Below are positions 1 through 13,682 of a stretch of DNA of 64,000 nucleotides, piece after piece (within the stretch, counting starts at the first letter, position 1; each line of letters begins with the position of its first letter). Where the stretch lies: NCBI GenBank assembly GCA_964016885.1, contig OZ024745.1, positions 40,362,001 to 40,426,000 on the forward strand. The letters run 5' to 3'. A model generated the notes under the pieces. The model saw only the letters and a program-made list of their open reading frames with translations, searched no databases and was not told where the DNA came from. A program made the position numbers and the translations under genes. The stretch comes from Eledone cirrhosa. Lineage: Eukaryota.

Positions 1-2269
1 GCCCCTACCTCCAATGTTACTTTCTGTATATAGTGTATCTACATCACTGTTTGCAACGAATACTTCTAAAACCTGGAATATAATAGAAATGCCAAAGTGC
101 ACAATATAATTCATTACTGTTTTTATTGTTATTTCTTTCACTTATCCACATGTCGAAATTGAAGTAATATCAATTCTGTACACGTGTGTGGTGGTAAGAT
201 ATGATGTCAGTACTGTTTTAGTTATATTTTGCAGAACATTGGGAGATCACGTATAAGCCCTTCATTTGATCGGCGCATAGATTATTCGATGGGAAATGTA
301 CTAAGATATACCCCTACATTCATACTGAGGACACATGATATACTGTATTATGCAGCATGTGTGACAGTACACTTTCTCAAATCATATATTGATTTATGCA
401 ATAAACCTGCTGCAACGTAGATGACGTTATTATCACCTATACAGTATTGAATAATTACATATGCTAATACAAATCTAATTTTATAACAGTGCTTTCAGAA
501 ATAGCAACATCACAAAACTGTCTGGTATGTATCCTGTGATTTGGGTTTATATTACAACACAATTATTTCTCAATTTTTAAGGAATAAAAAGTTATTCCGT
601 GTAATGATATTTTTCAGAATGGCTCTCATTATTTATATGAAAAAATAATAACAAGGTAATTTGGAATACTTGCAGATTCCAATCAACATTTTTTTAAAAT
701 AATTAGAAACTGTTTTCATCCTTTAGATTATATAATCTTAAACATGCTGGCATTTTTATTCTGTATAGAGGAATGATGGTAAAGTATTCAATATAAGCAA
801 ATCAATAGCAATCACATCATATCTTAACACAGTAAGAAAAATCTCAAACAAAGCTGAGTTCCAAAACAGAAGAATGTAATCATCAGATATATTTCGAAGC
901 ACACATTAAAAAGAAATATAATTGAATTGTTATAACTACTTTCATCAGTTTCCCCAATCTATGGTTGTTACAAAACCTGCATATGAGAAACTTTATCTGG
1001 GAAATGATATAAACATTTTCCGTGAACTTTTATCAATATAGAAAATTTCTTTTAAACTAAAAGTATTTTTGTGTGGAAAAATACTTGTATTGGCCTTTAA
1101 GCAATTGGTCAACGAGCATCATTCATAATAATACTCTACAGTCGCATTAGTGTCCAGTAAAACTGATATGTCGGCGTGTCAGATATTTCAGCAGTTTTAC
1201 ATTGATCTTAACTGTGCCCATAAATTACAATATCCTCTACATATCTATACTGAAAACAGGTCAGTCTGAGCTTACACTGTCCCTGAGATATATTCAGGTT
1301 ACATAATGTACATTGTCGCGACGAAGAATATTGCCCATTTCTTTAGAAAGGGAAATAATAAAGGTTTCTCCTCTATAATATGAAGTCACATATTTAGTCC
1401 GCGTATTCATTAACTAGTCGCGTCAACAAATATATACCCATCTATTATTCAATAGAGCATCTATATATCTATTCAACTCTTAAAGCAGATATACAATACG
1501 AAGCATCTTCTAATAGACTTTTGATAAAATATTTTCATAAGAAAAAGTTATAATTTCATGTTTTTATTAAAACTAAACTAATTATTCATACGTTCATCTC
1601 CAAATCTATTCGCCCCCTCTATTTATCTCTTCCGATTTTTCTTCTTTCAACTAAATATAAACAAGACATTAATAAATATGTTCTATTCAGACAGAATAAA
1701 ATAACCCCCAAGTGTGAATAATTTTGAAACTCAGAATGATGTTGTTATCAATCATTTATTTTTTGTTTTAAATAATGTCATTTTGTTTCCAATATACCTT
1801 TACATTAACAACTATGGTACTCGTTTTGTTATATGTATTAGGCGTTAAACATATTTCGATTAATTTGGAAAGCAGATATTATTTATCAACATGAAATTGA
1901 AGGGCATGATCAAAATATTTCTTGCAATATATTTTATAAAACAAATATGTTTTCATAATTATTCATAATTAACGTGTGTATTGTAATAGCTATCAAGTAA
2001 CAAGTGTATCGAAAGCTAATAACATTGAGGAGGAATAACATTAAATATATATTTAATTGTGTTTTGTCAAAACCTACTTTAAAATCCATAACAGCATTTG
2101 TAAAATATGTTATATGGCATAACAAGCACTGATTTGCGCAATAATAAGACACCTAATACCGATCGATCGGTGATGGGTTGCCTTTGCCTAATCGTCGATA
2201 TCAATTGATCACATTCCGACTATATCTAATGCCATTATGTATTGTGATATAAAAATGTGTATCATAATC

Positions 2270-2442
2270 AGAGTGTCGGACACCACCCTTTATGATCTGA
2301 GCTCAAATCTCGTCCAGGTTAACTTTGCCTTTCATCCTTGCGGAGTCGATAAAATAAAGTACCAGTCATGCACTGGGTCGATTTACTCGACTTTCCCCTC
2401 CCCCCAAATTACTGGTCTTGTGCCTATATAAGAAATCATTAT
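2270..2442 (+). mobile_element. tRNA-type SINE, main family of this window (5'-decayed)
   Basis: Box-B-like GAGCTCAAATC, then the core AACTTTGCCTTTCATCCTT..GTCGATAAAATAAAGTACCAGT shared with about 10 other copies; short ATT tail. Confidence 0.85.
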
Positions 2443-3199
2443 TTGAGAGAACATTATGAAAATTGTGGCTGATTTTACCTAAGGATGCAACAATTACATG
2501 CTTCCAAGTAATCCCCTTCGCTTTAGAAATATATTTACATTATATATGAGTTCTAAAAATTCCTCATTAAATTGTATTTATTTATTTGTTTATTAATTAA
2601 TACGGTAACATTAGTACGGTAAAATAAGAGGAATCATCATCAATGGAAATGTTTTGAATACAATTACATAGACATAGAATCGGAATCATTATATTATTTA
2701 ATTATATTCGGTTAAGTGATGTTACTTGATATCGGAGACACATTTCCTTCAAAATCAAGTGAAAAGTGTAACTTTGGACAATGGCGTCATACGAATGGCA
2801 TAACAAATAAATCACATGAACTATTAGAAAATCACACGGTGGAAGATTATTCTGCTCATACATTGGCAGCAGAAAACAATGAAGAACGATATAGCTGTAA
2901 AATAGTTCGTCTAATTCTCTGCTTATTTCAAAGATGACCGAATGAACCCCGTGGTACAAACTAATAAATCATTATATTTATTATGATATTTGCTTTTTCA
3001 TAATTTTGTCTTTGTTTAAATTAAGATATTTCATTATTTAATATCGTGAACAGACGATGTCATCCATTTGACACGGAATTAGTTATGTATTTAACAGAAA
3101 GAGGATTTTACAATTAATATTTATTTTACCATATTGTATTCGCTTCTCTGGTGGCTATATTATGAATTTTAACAAATTCCGTAAATTAATTATAGAATC

Positions 3200-5531
3200 T
3201 AACATACAGACAGATCCGCTAGAATGTCAATAGACAGCATGCCAACCTACATCAATGCTATGTAACACCACATCATCAACAAGAGCGAAACAACACCACA
3301 GACACACAAGGAAAGAGAAATGATCCTCGATGCCCACATGATGAAGTGGACCGACATCCTAAAACCAAGTAGACGCACAGCCAATAATTTCAAAGCCTCT
3401 AACAGCGACATACCACCCTTGTATCGGCTCCGCAAACACCATAAAACAACTAACGGCCCTATGATAGGACCACCAACAAGAACTGTGTGCGGAGCCAATA
3501 TTACTAGCAACTACAGGATCTCCTACTTCCCCTCTATGATTGTACGCGAGATGTATGTGACAGCACAGAGGAGGTTCTCAGCAGAATCAATACTGCATAA
3601 TGGGTAGTATGGATGTAATGTCCTTGTACCCATCCATTGACATTGGTTTTGCTGTGTAAAAATATGTGGAAATAATCAGTTAGAGTGAGGTAGAGTTCTG
3701 TGACGGGACACGGATGAACTGGTCCTCCTACTTAGACTTACATGTGACAGTGAATGTTTAAATAATTATGACCGTAGCAGTTTCAGCCCCAGTAGACAAA
3801 TAAGAGGTAGACCCCCCCCCCCCACACACACACACCATAATTTCAATGGCTAAAAGGACTCCTATTGGAAGGTGGAATGGGTGGATCAAAGCCATACGGC
3901 TTTGGAATTCTCTGCTATGAGTTCTCTGAGTCTTCTTTCCCACCATAGCAATGTCGCCAGCTCTGCTTACATATATGGCCGCTCCTTCATCCCTGTTGCA
4001 TGATTAAATGTATACATGTGACCCTTTAGGGTAGTTTTAATACCGCATGTGTGATCATTTTTCTCACCTGATCACACATGCAGTAGGGGATAGTATTAAA
4101 ACTACCCTAAAGGGTCACATGTATAAATGTAATCAGAAAATTTGCACCAAGGATGAAGTTGCGGCCATATACATCAGCATAGCTGGTGATATTGCTATGG
4201 TTGGAAAGGAGTCGCAGAGAACTAATAGAAGAGAAGTCCAAAGCGCTCATCCTGTACTCTCGTTATGTAGATAATATCAATATAGTAATAAAAACACCGC
4301 CACAAGTGAGTACCAATAAACCCGAATTAGAAAGTAACACAATGAAGAGCATTCATCAGACAACTAATTCCATACGCTAGAGCATAAAATTAACTATCGA
4401 CTACCCTTCCAAACACTCAAACAACAGAGTACCATTTGTAGATATTGTACTCTGGTTAAAAACTATAAACGAGAAAACCAAAATTTCCCACTCACATTAT
4501 GCTAAGCTCATGGCCTCCAAATACTTTATACGCAAAATCTCATCGAAATCCAATAGTGCTAAGTTTAATATTTTGATCGCAGACGTGGTAAATCTGATGA
4601 AGCATGTGTCCTGCATGTTCGATCCAACTGAACTGGAAAAACACGTACAACACGTAATCAGAGTGTACAAAGGAACCATAGAGATGGACATGAAAGGGGT
4701 TTGCCCATTGTACAGGAGCAATTCATGGAATAGCATAAGATAGGGGAAGCCACTTCATGTTAAGACAACCAGCAATACCAGAATGTCATGTTCTTGGAGG
4801 CAACCCCTGGGGGTGAATTAGCTAACAAATTTAGAAAGGCCGTAAAAAAGAAGCATTTGAAGATTAAAGTGTTAGAAACACCAGGAACTACCATAACATC
4901 ACGGATCAGCAAACGTTAGCGCTATAAGGACACCTACTAATAAGAAATGTGCTATATGTAGAATGGATTCACGAATAAATTGTAAATCTAGAAATGTAGT
5001 CTATAGCATGAGATGTACAGATGGTACTTGCCGAAACATGACAACTAAATACATAGGAGAGACTGCTCGGAGCATAGGGGAGAGAAAGGCCAACATTGGA
5101 CAAACAGAACAAAAGGACGGTTTGGTACCAGACGAAGACATGATGGTAATGTAGACTACATAACATTAAAATGTCTGACTCAACATGCAGACACATCAGG
5201 GCAGCAACTTGAATAGAACTACGAAAACCGAAGGTGAACAGATAAAATGAATGGAATAACAACAACCATATACAAACACACAATAGTGATCTAAGATGAA
5301 TATGAATAAATGTGCACAGGTACAATGACAACAACCACACATAAAAACACGCGAGTGAGCAAATACTAACGCACGCTGACTCAGACACGAACACGCACCA
5401 AACAGAAAACACTCACACAAACGCATGTGCAAACAAAGACAAAAGAAAAATAGAATAGCCGTGACAATACAACGGTATGAAACATAATAGTATCACTGAT
5501 GATGTCACAGGTTTTGATGAAATAATTCGAT

Positions 5532-5535
<4 letters not shown>
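3200..5535 (+). mobile_element. Decayed Penelope-like element (Neptune-like family), RT to GIY-YIG to 3'UTR
   Basis: Fragments IPPLYRLRKHHK..GPPTRTVCGA, YSRYVDNI (RT motif C) and VVYSMRC..YIGETARSIGER (GIY-YIG) are collinear with the element at 38.7-42.7 kb. Many stops and frameshifts; ends at (TA)n. Confidence 0.92.
5491..5532 (+). ncRNA. Degenerate minimal hammerhead ribozyme in PLE 3'UTR
   Basis: TATCA-CTGATGA-TGTCA..TGAT-GAAA-TAATTC-GATA, at the same position in the element as the motifs at 38755 and 62655. Confidence 0.55.
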
Positions 5536-5587
<52 letters not shown>

Positions 5588-5592
<5 letters not shown>

Positions 5593-5963
5593 AAGATGAA
5601 TATAAAATGAAAGTGCTTTTATTGAAAAGGAATTTATTAGGTATTGACATATGTTTCTGTAACAGACGGAATACCTATGTATCGCTGCTTGCGTAATCAT
5701 ATAATGTTAGCAAGTATTCGATAGCAAATGTATAATCAGTTGTCACTTCTTCAGAGATTTTGGATAAACTGGATAAAATCAGAAAAATTGAAGTATTTAT
5801 ATTAGTAATAGAGGAAGAAGAGAGGGGGTAGTATATGACAGATGGTAAATCAATTTACTGCTAAACAAGTATATAAAGGGTTTCTAATGAGAATACCATG
5901 AGTAAATGGTTCATTTTATCTAAATAAGAATTTTTGGGAGTGCCAATTTTAATCTATACTTGA
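5588..5963 (-). repeat. Inverted copy of pLTR (matches 8578-8953)
   Basis: Near-perfect reverse complement over about 375 bp; I saw one mismatch near 5956. Confidence 0.95.
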
Positions 5964-6322
5964 GGAGCGCATCATCACGGTAGATTCCACCGTGGAGATC
6001 CTTGAATTTTCCTTGTAGTCTGTGGGTGATATAAATTCCCACAAGATCTGTGGAATCTACCGTGATGATGCGCTCCTATTAGTTAAGTATATGAATAACC
6101 AGAATTTAGAAAGGATGCGTAAAAATATCAGAAAGCTTTTTAAGGAACTAGGATTAAATATTACATTTGAATATAACCTCAAAGAGGTCAATTTAAGGTT
6201 CTCATTTAGTTTATGGAACGGTTTAATCGTATCTGTATTGAGATTCAAAGTAACATCAAGGAAATTGACCTCTTTGAGGTTATATTCAAATGTAATATTT
6301 AATCCTAGTTCCTTAAAAAGCT

Positions 6323-7250
6323 AGGAGCGCATCATCACGGTAGATTCCACCGTGGGGATCCTTGAATTTTCCTTGTAGTCTGTGGGTGATATAAATTCCC
6401 ACAAGATCTGTTACTTCCGCCGAATCATTAGAACCCATAGTGATATCAAAATTAGAAGGTCTATCTTTGCGAACCCAGTAGCTATCATCGAATTTAACTC
6501 TAGTTTTCCTCGCTTACATAATAATTTTAATTTCAGCATCCGTAAGGTCGGAATTAGTCTTAGCGAACGAAAGAGCTTCATGTAGAGTATCAGGTGAAAT
6601 TGAGGAATAATATTCATCAATATCAAACTGAATAAATTTTGATTTTTTCTTATCAGTAATGTTATTAAACCATCTTATTGCTTCATGAGTGTTACCCCAT
6701 AGTTTAATTTCTACTTTAACCTTAACTTGGGGGATAATTCTGTCTAGTATATATTTGCTAATTTTGCCTATATCAGATTTAGAGGGGCATATAAGTCTAA
6801 TCTTAGGGTTAGTATCAAAGTTTACCTTGTGGTCCTTCAGGTTGAAGGATGGTATAGCTGGTGTTAAGGGTTGCGTTCTATCGTCAATACAAAGTTTTTT
6901 AACTATTTCACATGCCGAGTTGTTGATCTTCTTAAGTGTAGCTTCATTAGTTTTCTTATATTTGTTATGCAATTCCTTACCGATGAAGTTATTGTAAGTG
7001 TCCACATCCATGGTATATACGTTTGATGTTTTGTCTGCTCTAACAATAATTCCATTGGCGTTTTTTAGATTATTGAGCAGTGCTGTGATGTCATTCTGTA
7101 GTTTATTGTTCTTCCGCTTTGTAAATTTGATCTCCATGATCATATCCATTAGGTCTTGTTCAAATGCATCCAAAAGTGGGTTTGAGGGTGGGTTCTTGTA
7201 AGATTTAAATCCAAATTTATCCTTGTTAAGATGTTTGGTTTATACGGCTT
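6323..7250 (-). pseudogene. Naiad-like PLE RT N-terminal/fingers-palm segment (inverted)
   Basis: ORF 6514-7173: IIVRADKTSNVY, LKDHKVNF..PKIRLICPSKSDIGKISK, FIQFDIDEYYSSI. Confidence 0.9.
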
Positions 7251-8301
7251 TAAATATGTAAATACGAGTTCTAACCATCCACTCTCTATAATTAAATCCA
7301 TCCCTAGAAATGTTTCTCTTAGAATCTCCCGCCTGTCGTCCAACCAACAAACCTTCAAAGAACATGCCGAATATTATGATGATGCACTCAGGAAAGCCGG
7401 ACACCTAGATAATATAGAGTATATAGTCGAAGATAACCAAAACACCCAAAATAAACCCCATAGGAGTAGAAATAGCGCAGAATCACCACCATAGACACAA
7501 TAATGGTCGCACACCACCAAACAGAAGGCGATGTAAAGAGTATATTTGATACAACCCGGTCTATAACAACTCTATTAAAACCAATCTACCCTCACAATTC
7601 TTTCGAGTAGTTAAAAAACACTTTCCAACATCACATAAATATAATAAAATCTTAAACCCTAACACTATTCGACTTTCATATTCAACCGCCCCTAATATTG
7701 AACAACGTATAAAAAAGCTTAACGCAAAACGGTTGTATAAGCGCCTTCCAACACATAACAATACACGTAAAACATTAGCTATAACATCACAAAACAACAA
7801 ACAACATCCTGTCCTACCTAAGCAACCTCACCAACCCATCCATGGCAATGCAACAACGCAAAATTATAATTGCAACTGTGTCCAACCAGGGATGTGTCCG
7901 TTGAACAATCAGTGTCTTGAACGCAACATCGTATACAAATGTACTATCGAATCGGATAGACAGAAGTGGTACTATGTGGGATCTACAGCCACCTCCTTCA
8001 AATCACGCCTTTATAGACATCGTTACTCGATAAAACATGAGAACCAGCGTTATGTAACAACACTCGCAGACAAGGCTTGGCAGCTGCGTGAAAATAACCA
8101 ACAATTTCACCTAAAATGGGATATAATAGCGGCTCCCCCCCATATTCCATCGGACAGGAATTTTGTAAATTATGTAATGTAGAATTATTTTGTATTATGA
8201 AATCCAAAAACATTTTATTAAATAACAGAATAGAGCGATCGTTATACTGTAACCATCGCTTAAAATCTACATTTTCATATTATAAATACTACCAGGATTG
8301 A
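7250..8301 (+). pseudogene. Naiad-like PLE RT thumb, Cys linker and GIY-YIG endonuclease (frameshifted)
   Basis: KYVNTSSNHP..RISRLSSN (thumb); CNCVQPGMCPLNNQC; VYKC..YVGST; stop at about 7494 and frameshift at about 8135. Confidence 0.9.
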
Positions 8302-8780
8302 ACGCCTGTCTCTATCTCCGTTTGATTGTCAAAATAGACATTAACATTCTCTATTAGTCTTAATTCTATCAACTCTTGTATTATTTACCATTTAAAATAA
8401 ACTGCTATAGATACAATGAGATTTCTGATTTCTTAATTCAATTCCCTAATGTATATACCAGCTGGCTACTAGCATTGGTGTTATTCAGCAGCAATCGAAA
8501 TCTCCTCCTTCCCCAATTGACACTTTATAATTAATACTACTACACCAAATGACCAGCCCTGTCCACTGTCCAATTGGTCAAGTAGAGATTAAAATTGGCA
8601 CTCCCAAAAATTCTTATTTAGATAAAATGAACCATTTACTCATGGTATTCTCATTAGAAACCCTTTATATACTTGTTTAGCAGTAAATTGATTTACCATC
8701 TGTCATATACTACCCCCTCTCTTCTTCCTCTATTACTAATATAAATACTTCAATTTTTCTGATTTTATCCAGTTTATCCA

Positions 8781-8903
8781 AAATCTCTGAAGAAGTGACA
8801 ACTGATTATACATTTGCTATCGAATACTTGCTAACATTATATGATTACGCAAGCAGCGATACATAGGTATTCCGTCTGTTACAGAAACATATGTCAATAC
8901 CTA
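8781..8903 (+). ncRNA. Type I hammerhead-like motif with long stem II in the Naiad pLTR (mirror copy about 5638-5760, minus)
   Basis: CTGAAGA(8787)-A-GTGACA..about 76 nt..TGTTAC-A-GAAA-CATATG-TC(8895); palindromic stem III ACATATGT; canonical stem I is weak. Confidence 0.6.
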
Positions 8904-9055
8904 ATAAATTCCTTTTCAATAAAAGCACTTTCATTTTATATTCATCTTTTCTACATTTTCTCCGGAATATAATTTATACTCGTTGAGCAAACCTACAAGT
9001 ACGCTGTTCATCTCTAACGTAACGATATATTATCACTACATTATTGATAACCTGA

Positions 9056-9121
<66 letters not shown>

Positions 9122-9126
9122 CAAAA

Positions 9127-9390
9127 TAACAGATTAAAGTTTAAGCAAAGAATCGCTGCTTCCACCCTTAACAGGATCTTCAGAAACTAAAAAAAACATA
9201 TGAATATGAATAAATGTGCACAGTTAGTTTCAGAAGATCCCGTTAAGGGTGGAAGCAGTGATTCTTTGCTTAAACTTTAATCTGTTACATTAAGAATTAT
9301 TTGCTCTAGGGTTCTTATATATTTGATATATATTTATCTTTATCGAGCCCTCTTTGGAACTTAGTCTTCACATTTATCATTATTGCTACA
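9127..9390. mobile_element. Non-coding HHR element family B, fold-back (arms 9127-9190 / 9224-9287)
   Basis: Inverted arms. Other copies at 11964-12116 and 55968-56066. Consensus AGTTT-CTGAAGA-TCCC gttaa GGGT-GAAA-GCA..TGC-TT-AAACT. Confidence 0.75.
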
Positions 9391-9421
9391 TATATATATA
9401 TATATATATAATATTTATATT

Positions 9422-9513
<92 letters not shown>

Positions 9514-9647
9514 TATAAATCCACCAATTAATGGTAGGGTCTAAACCGTATGAAGAACTCAATGTAATCCGTATGTAGATGTTGTGAAGCAAAGTTTAAA
9601 ATACAGAATTTTCAACGATATAATTCATTGGTTACGGAGTCAAAAAT

Positions 9648-9908
9648 AGAAATATTAAAACAATGAAATTAAACATAAAACGGTTAATTCATGGTAAAAC
9701 TCATTATTTTAAGATCGTTTCTGGGGTGTAGTCCCCCGTATGTCCATTCTAATATTGATCTATGTAAAACATATTTCAAAAGATCATAGTAAGAGGAGGA
9801 CTATGTACGGAGGACTATCCCCCCCCCCCGCCCAGAAACGTTCGTAAAATAATGAGTTTTACTATGAATTAACCGATTTTTGTATAATTTCATTTTTTTT
9901 ATATTTAT
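9648..9908. repeat. Imperfect fold-back inverted repeat (about 9648-9740 / 9805-9908)
   Basis: Arms CGGTTAATTCATGGTAAAACTCATTATTTT / AAAATAATGAGTTTTACTATGAATTAACCG, with (TA)n on the right side. Confidence 0.8.
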
Positions 9909-9924
9909 ATATATATATATATAT

Positions 9925-10085
9925 TAACCGTTGGTCAATCAATGATAAACATTGATTATCAGCTAAATTAACTAAGCTATTGAGATATAAAATATACAGA
10001 AGCGAAACCAATCCAAAGCAAACAGTGAGTGTGTTTTATTATTATTCCTGGCAATTTTATAACATGACCTTCCCGAAACATAATT
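9925..10085 (+). mobile_element. Isolated 3' tail of the Neptune-like PLE
   Basis: TTGGTCAATCAATG..AAACAGTGAGTGTGTT..CTGGCAAT..ATGACC matches 62748-62903; flanked by (TA)n. Confidence 0.75.
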
Positions 10086-10145
10086 ATATATATATATATA
10101 TATATATACAGAGAGAGAGAGAGGGGGGGGAGTGAGTGAGTGAGT

Positions 10146-10181
<36 letters not shown>

Positions 10182-10779
10182 TGCCATTGGTGCGTTTCGA
10201 TTAGGCCTCAGAATTTCCTCTACTAAAATACCCCAACAATGGTGTCTCATATAGATTTTCACAATCGCAACTCTGCTCATTAAAATCTCGTGGCGGAGAC
10301 ATTTCGAACTGACAAAGAGCAGGGCCAAAGTCGTTTTGGAGCTCACTGGTCGTCTTGTTTCAGATTGTCTCCAAATAATATACACTGCAACGTAGAGTGT
10401 GATACAGATGTTGCACAAACAATTCCTTGTTATATTCTTCTCAACAGTGATTCGATCTGTAAAAGCAATAAAGGCCAGAACACACTCGGAATTCTTGACA
10501 TGAGGCATATTCCCGTAGTTATTGAGGTGCCGGCGAGTCTGTGCCAATGAAATACCACCATACCTAAGATTTCGTCATCGCGAAAGTTTTAGTATAATCG
10601 ATTGCATTTGCGGTTCCCCATCCACCTATCTGATGTGTCCTAAGATGTTTTGTAAGAGCCAGGTATTTTGCCCTACTTGTACACGGTAGTGATGCTAATG
10701 GAATTGATGGGGCGCTTGTAGACGGCCATCATCTGTGAAGATGAAATAGTCACGTTTATATATGTCTATATATATATAA

Positions 10780-11690
<911 letters not shown>

Positions 11691-11784
11691 GTCTTGGTTA
11701 CCTTTTAGCGAGGCAATATTTACTGATATTGTATTTCTGCTCCTAAGTTACACACGTGCATGAGGGATATATATATATATATAT

Positions 11785-11961
11785 GTTTCTACTTTAGGCA
11801 CAAGGCCAGCAATAACACAGTTCATTACTGGTACTTTATTTTATCGACCCCGTAAGGATGAAAGGCAAAGTCAACCTGTGCGGGATTGGAACTCAGATCG
11901 TAAAGGGACGTAGCTATGCTGGAAAGCATGGCGTCCGACCCTCTACCGATACTGCCAATCC
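11785..11961 (-). mobile_element. tRNA-type SINE (main family)
   Basis: TTCTACTTTAGGCACAAGGCCAGC..TTTATCGACCCCGTAAGGATGAAAGGCAAAG..CCGATACTGCCAATCC. Confidence 0.9.
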
Positions 11962-11963
11962 AA

Positions 11964-12116
11964 TAGTAATAATAATACATTTGAAGACTAAAATCCAAAG
12001 AGGGCTCGATAAGGATAAATGTATATCAAATATATAAGAACCATAGAGCAAATAATTCTTAAAATAACAGATTAAAGTTTAAGCAAAGAATCGCTGCGTT
12101 CACCCTTAACGGGATC
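11964..12116 (-). mobile_element. HHR element family B copy (5'-truncated inside the ribozyme)
   Basis: Reverse complement of about 9234-9390. Confidence 0.8.
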
Positions 12117-12130
12117 TGTTATTTTAATAA

Positions 12131-12190
<60 letters not shown>

Positions 12191-12191
12191 C

Positions 12192-12400
12192 AAATGTGAC
12201 AAAAACCACAAATCCTCCATTTCAATTCTACTTTTGAAAAGCAGAAAAACTGCAAAACCAAAAAAGGAACCAAATAAATATATATTTTTATAAAAAAAGA
12301 CTCCAGTTGAATTTTCGATTTCATCATTTTTCCTTATACTTTCACTCGTGTAGGACACCTCGTGTTTTTTCATTTTGTAAAAAAACCTGACTTTTGTAAT
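12192..12400 (+). mobile_element. HHR element family D copy (decayed ribozyme)
   Basis: Homologous to 55367-55730; keeps TTGAAAA-GCAG..CTGC; between (TA)n tracts. Confidence 0.8.
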
Positions 12401-13488
12401 ATATATATATATAAAGAAAGAGAGAGTGAGGCAGAAAGAGAGGGAGAGACAGATAAATTCCATGTAAGCGCACCTGCTTCTTTTTTTATGTGTGAATGAA
12501 TAAAATGGAGATGATGAGATCCGTTAACACTAACCTTACTCGAAATATTAGACGTTGATTCAATTTAATAAACCCATTACTGTCAAGTTGCTTACTTAAG
12601 TTGCTAACTGAATGTCTTCTATTACTGGCATCTTGTGCGAAGGAATGATATAGAAATTTGACACGGTATTTTCTTTTTATATATAGTAAGGATAATTGTT
12701 ATGCAACAGATTGAATATGCCAAAATGCCAAAAGACTTTACAGGATTTACATGAAACTGATAAAAACATTAATGTCCACACCTAAAGATTCATGATCATA
12801 CGCATTATAAAAAGCAAAATAAAGTCACTTATGTCATTAATATGTCGGACGACATGTTATATATTTGTACAAAGCAATTCAGTTATCGTTGTTCCAGTCA
12901 ATTCAAACAATAAAAGTCTATCAGAACCACCATATTGTTATACTTGTATCGAAATGGTGTCTTGTTTAACGGTGAAACGTGTACTATTGGTCATCTAGTT
13001 CTAAATGAAACCGGCTTCACTCATCTCCTGTTAATCGTCTCCGCTTAACAATGTATTTATTTTTACTTTAGATATGCAGCAGTTAGGGGTAATATGTTTG
13101 TCAGCGGAGGAGAAAAGGACTGTGATCAATCCATTAGATATCCGTTGGGTAAACATTTGGTATATCATCAATATATGCCTGGTAAGTAGTTGAAAAGTAG
13201 TCTTCCCATATGAGGAGTAATGAAAGAAAACTATGTCCGTACTTTCGAAAAATCCAGCTGATTCCGCACAGAAGAACACTTTTCAATAATTGCCACATAT
13301 GACTGTATATAGAACGCAATTTTTCCCAAGATCATGGTCCATGAAAGCAGCACGAGACAGGGCTTACAAAACTTCAATAAAATAAAGGTACGATTGTATA
13401 TAATTATTTGTTAATCTTTTTACCTATCTCACCAAAATTAATTATCTTTTATTGGTTTAACTGATCAATGTTCATTATTCTTATTAAA

Positions 13489-13682
13489 GGGCGGAGGATT
13501 GGCAGTATCGGTAGAGGGTCCGACGCCATGCTTTGACGCATAGAGTTACGGTCCTTGCCATTCTGAGTTCAAATCCCGCCGAGAATAACTTTGCCTTTCA
13601 TCCTTTCGGGATCGATAAAATAAAGTACCACTAATATACTGGGTAATTGCTGGCCTTGTGCCAAATGTAGGAGCAATTATTC
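13489..13682 (+). mobile_element. tRNA-type SINE, full length
   Basis: Box A TGGCAGTATCGG, box B GAGTTCAAATCC, family core and tail. Confidence 0.92.

Larger units (their letters stand above)
5588..9060 (+). mobile_element. Rearranged Naiad-like Penelope element with inverted pLTR copy, inserted in (TA)n
   Basis: RT motifs FIQFDIDEYYSSI (minus, 6514-7173) and GIYRDDALL; linker CNCx5CPL; GIY-YIG IVYKCTI..YVGSTATSFKSR; C-terminal CKLC..LLNNR..CNH. 5588-5963 is the reverse complement of 8578-8953. Confidence 0.9.

Noticed and set aside
229-420. Short ORF after a TTTTGCAG acceptor-like site
   Set aside because: No recognisable protein motif and no supporting exon structure.
7860-8600. Selenocysteine/SECIS, known from some Naiad elements
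   Set aside because: The linker cysteines are TGC/TGT. The 3'UTR hairpins (8418-8504, 8550-8580) lack a recognisable AUGA/GA quartet with an apical AA.
10180-10760. Possible decayed LINE endonuclease fragment (minus)
   Set aside because: Only a faint IDY-like motif; too degraded to call.
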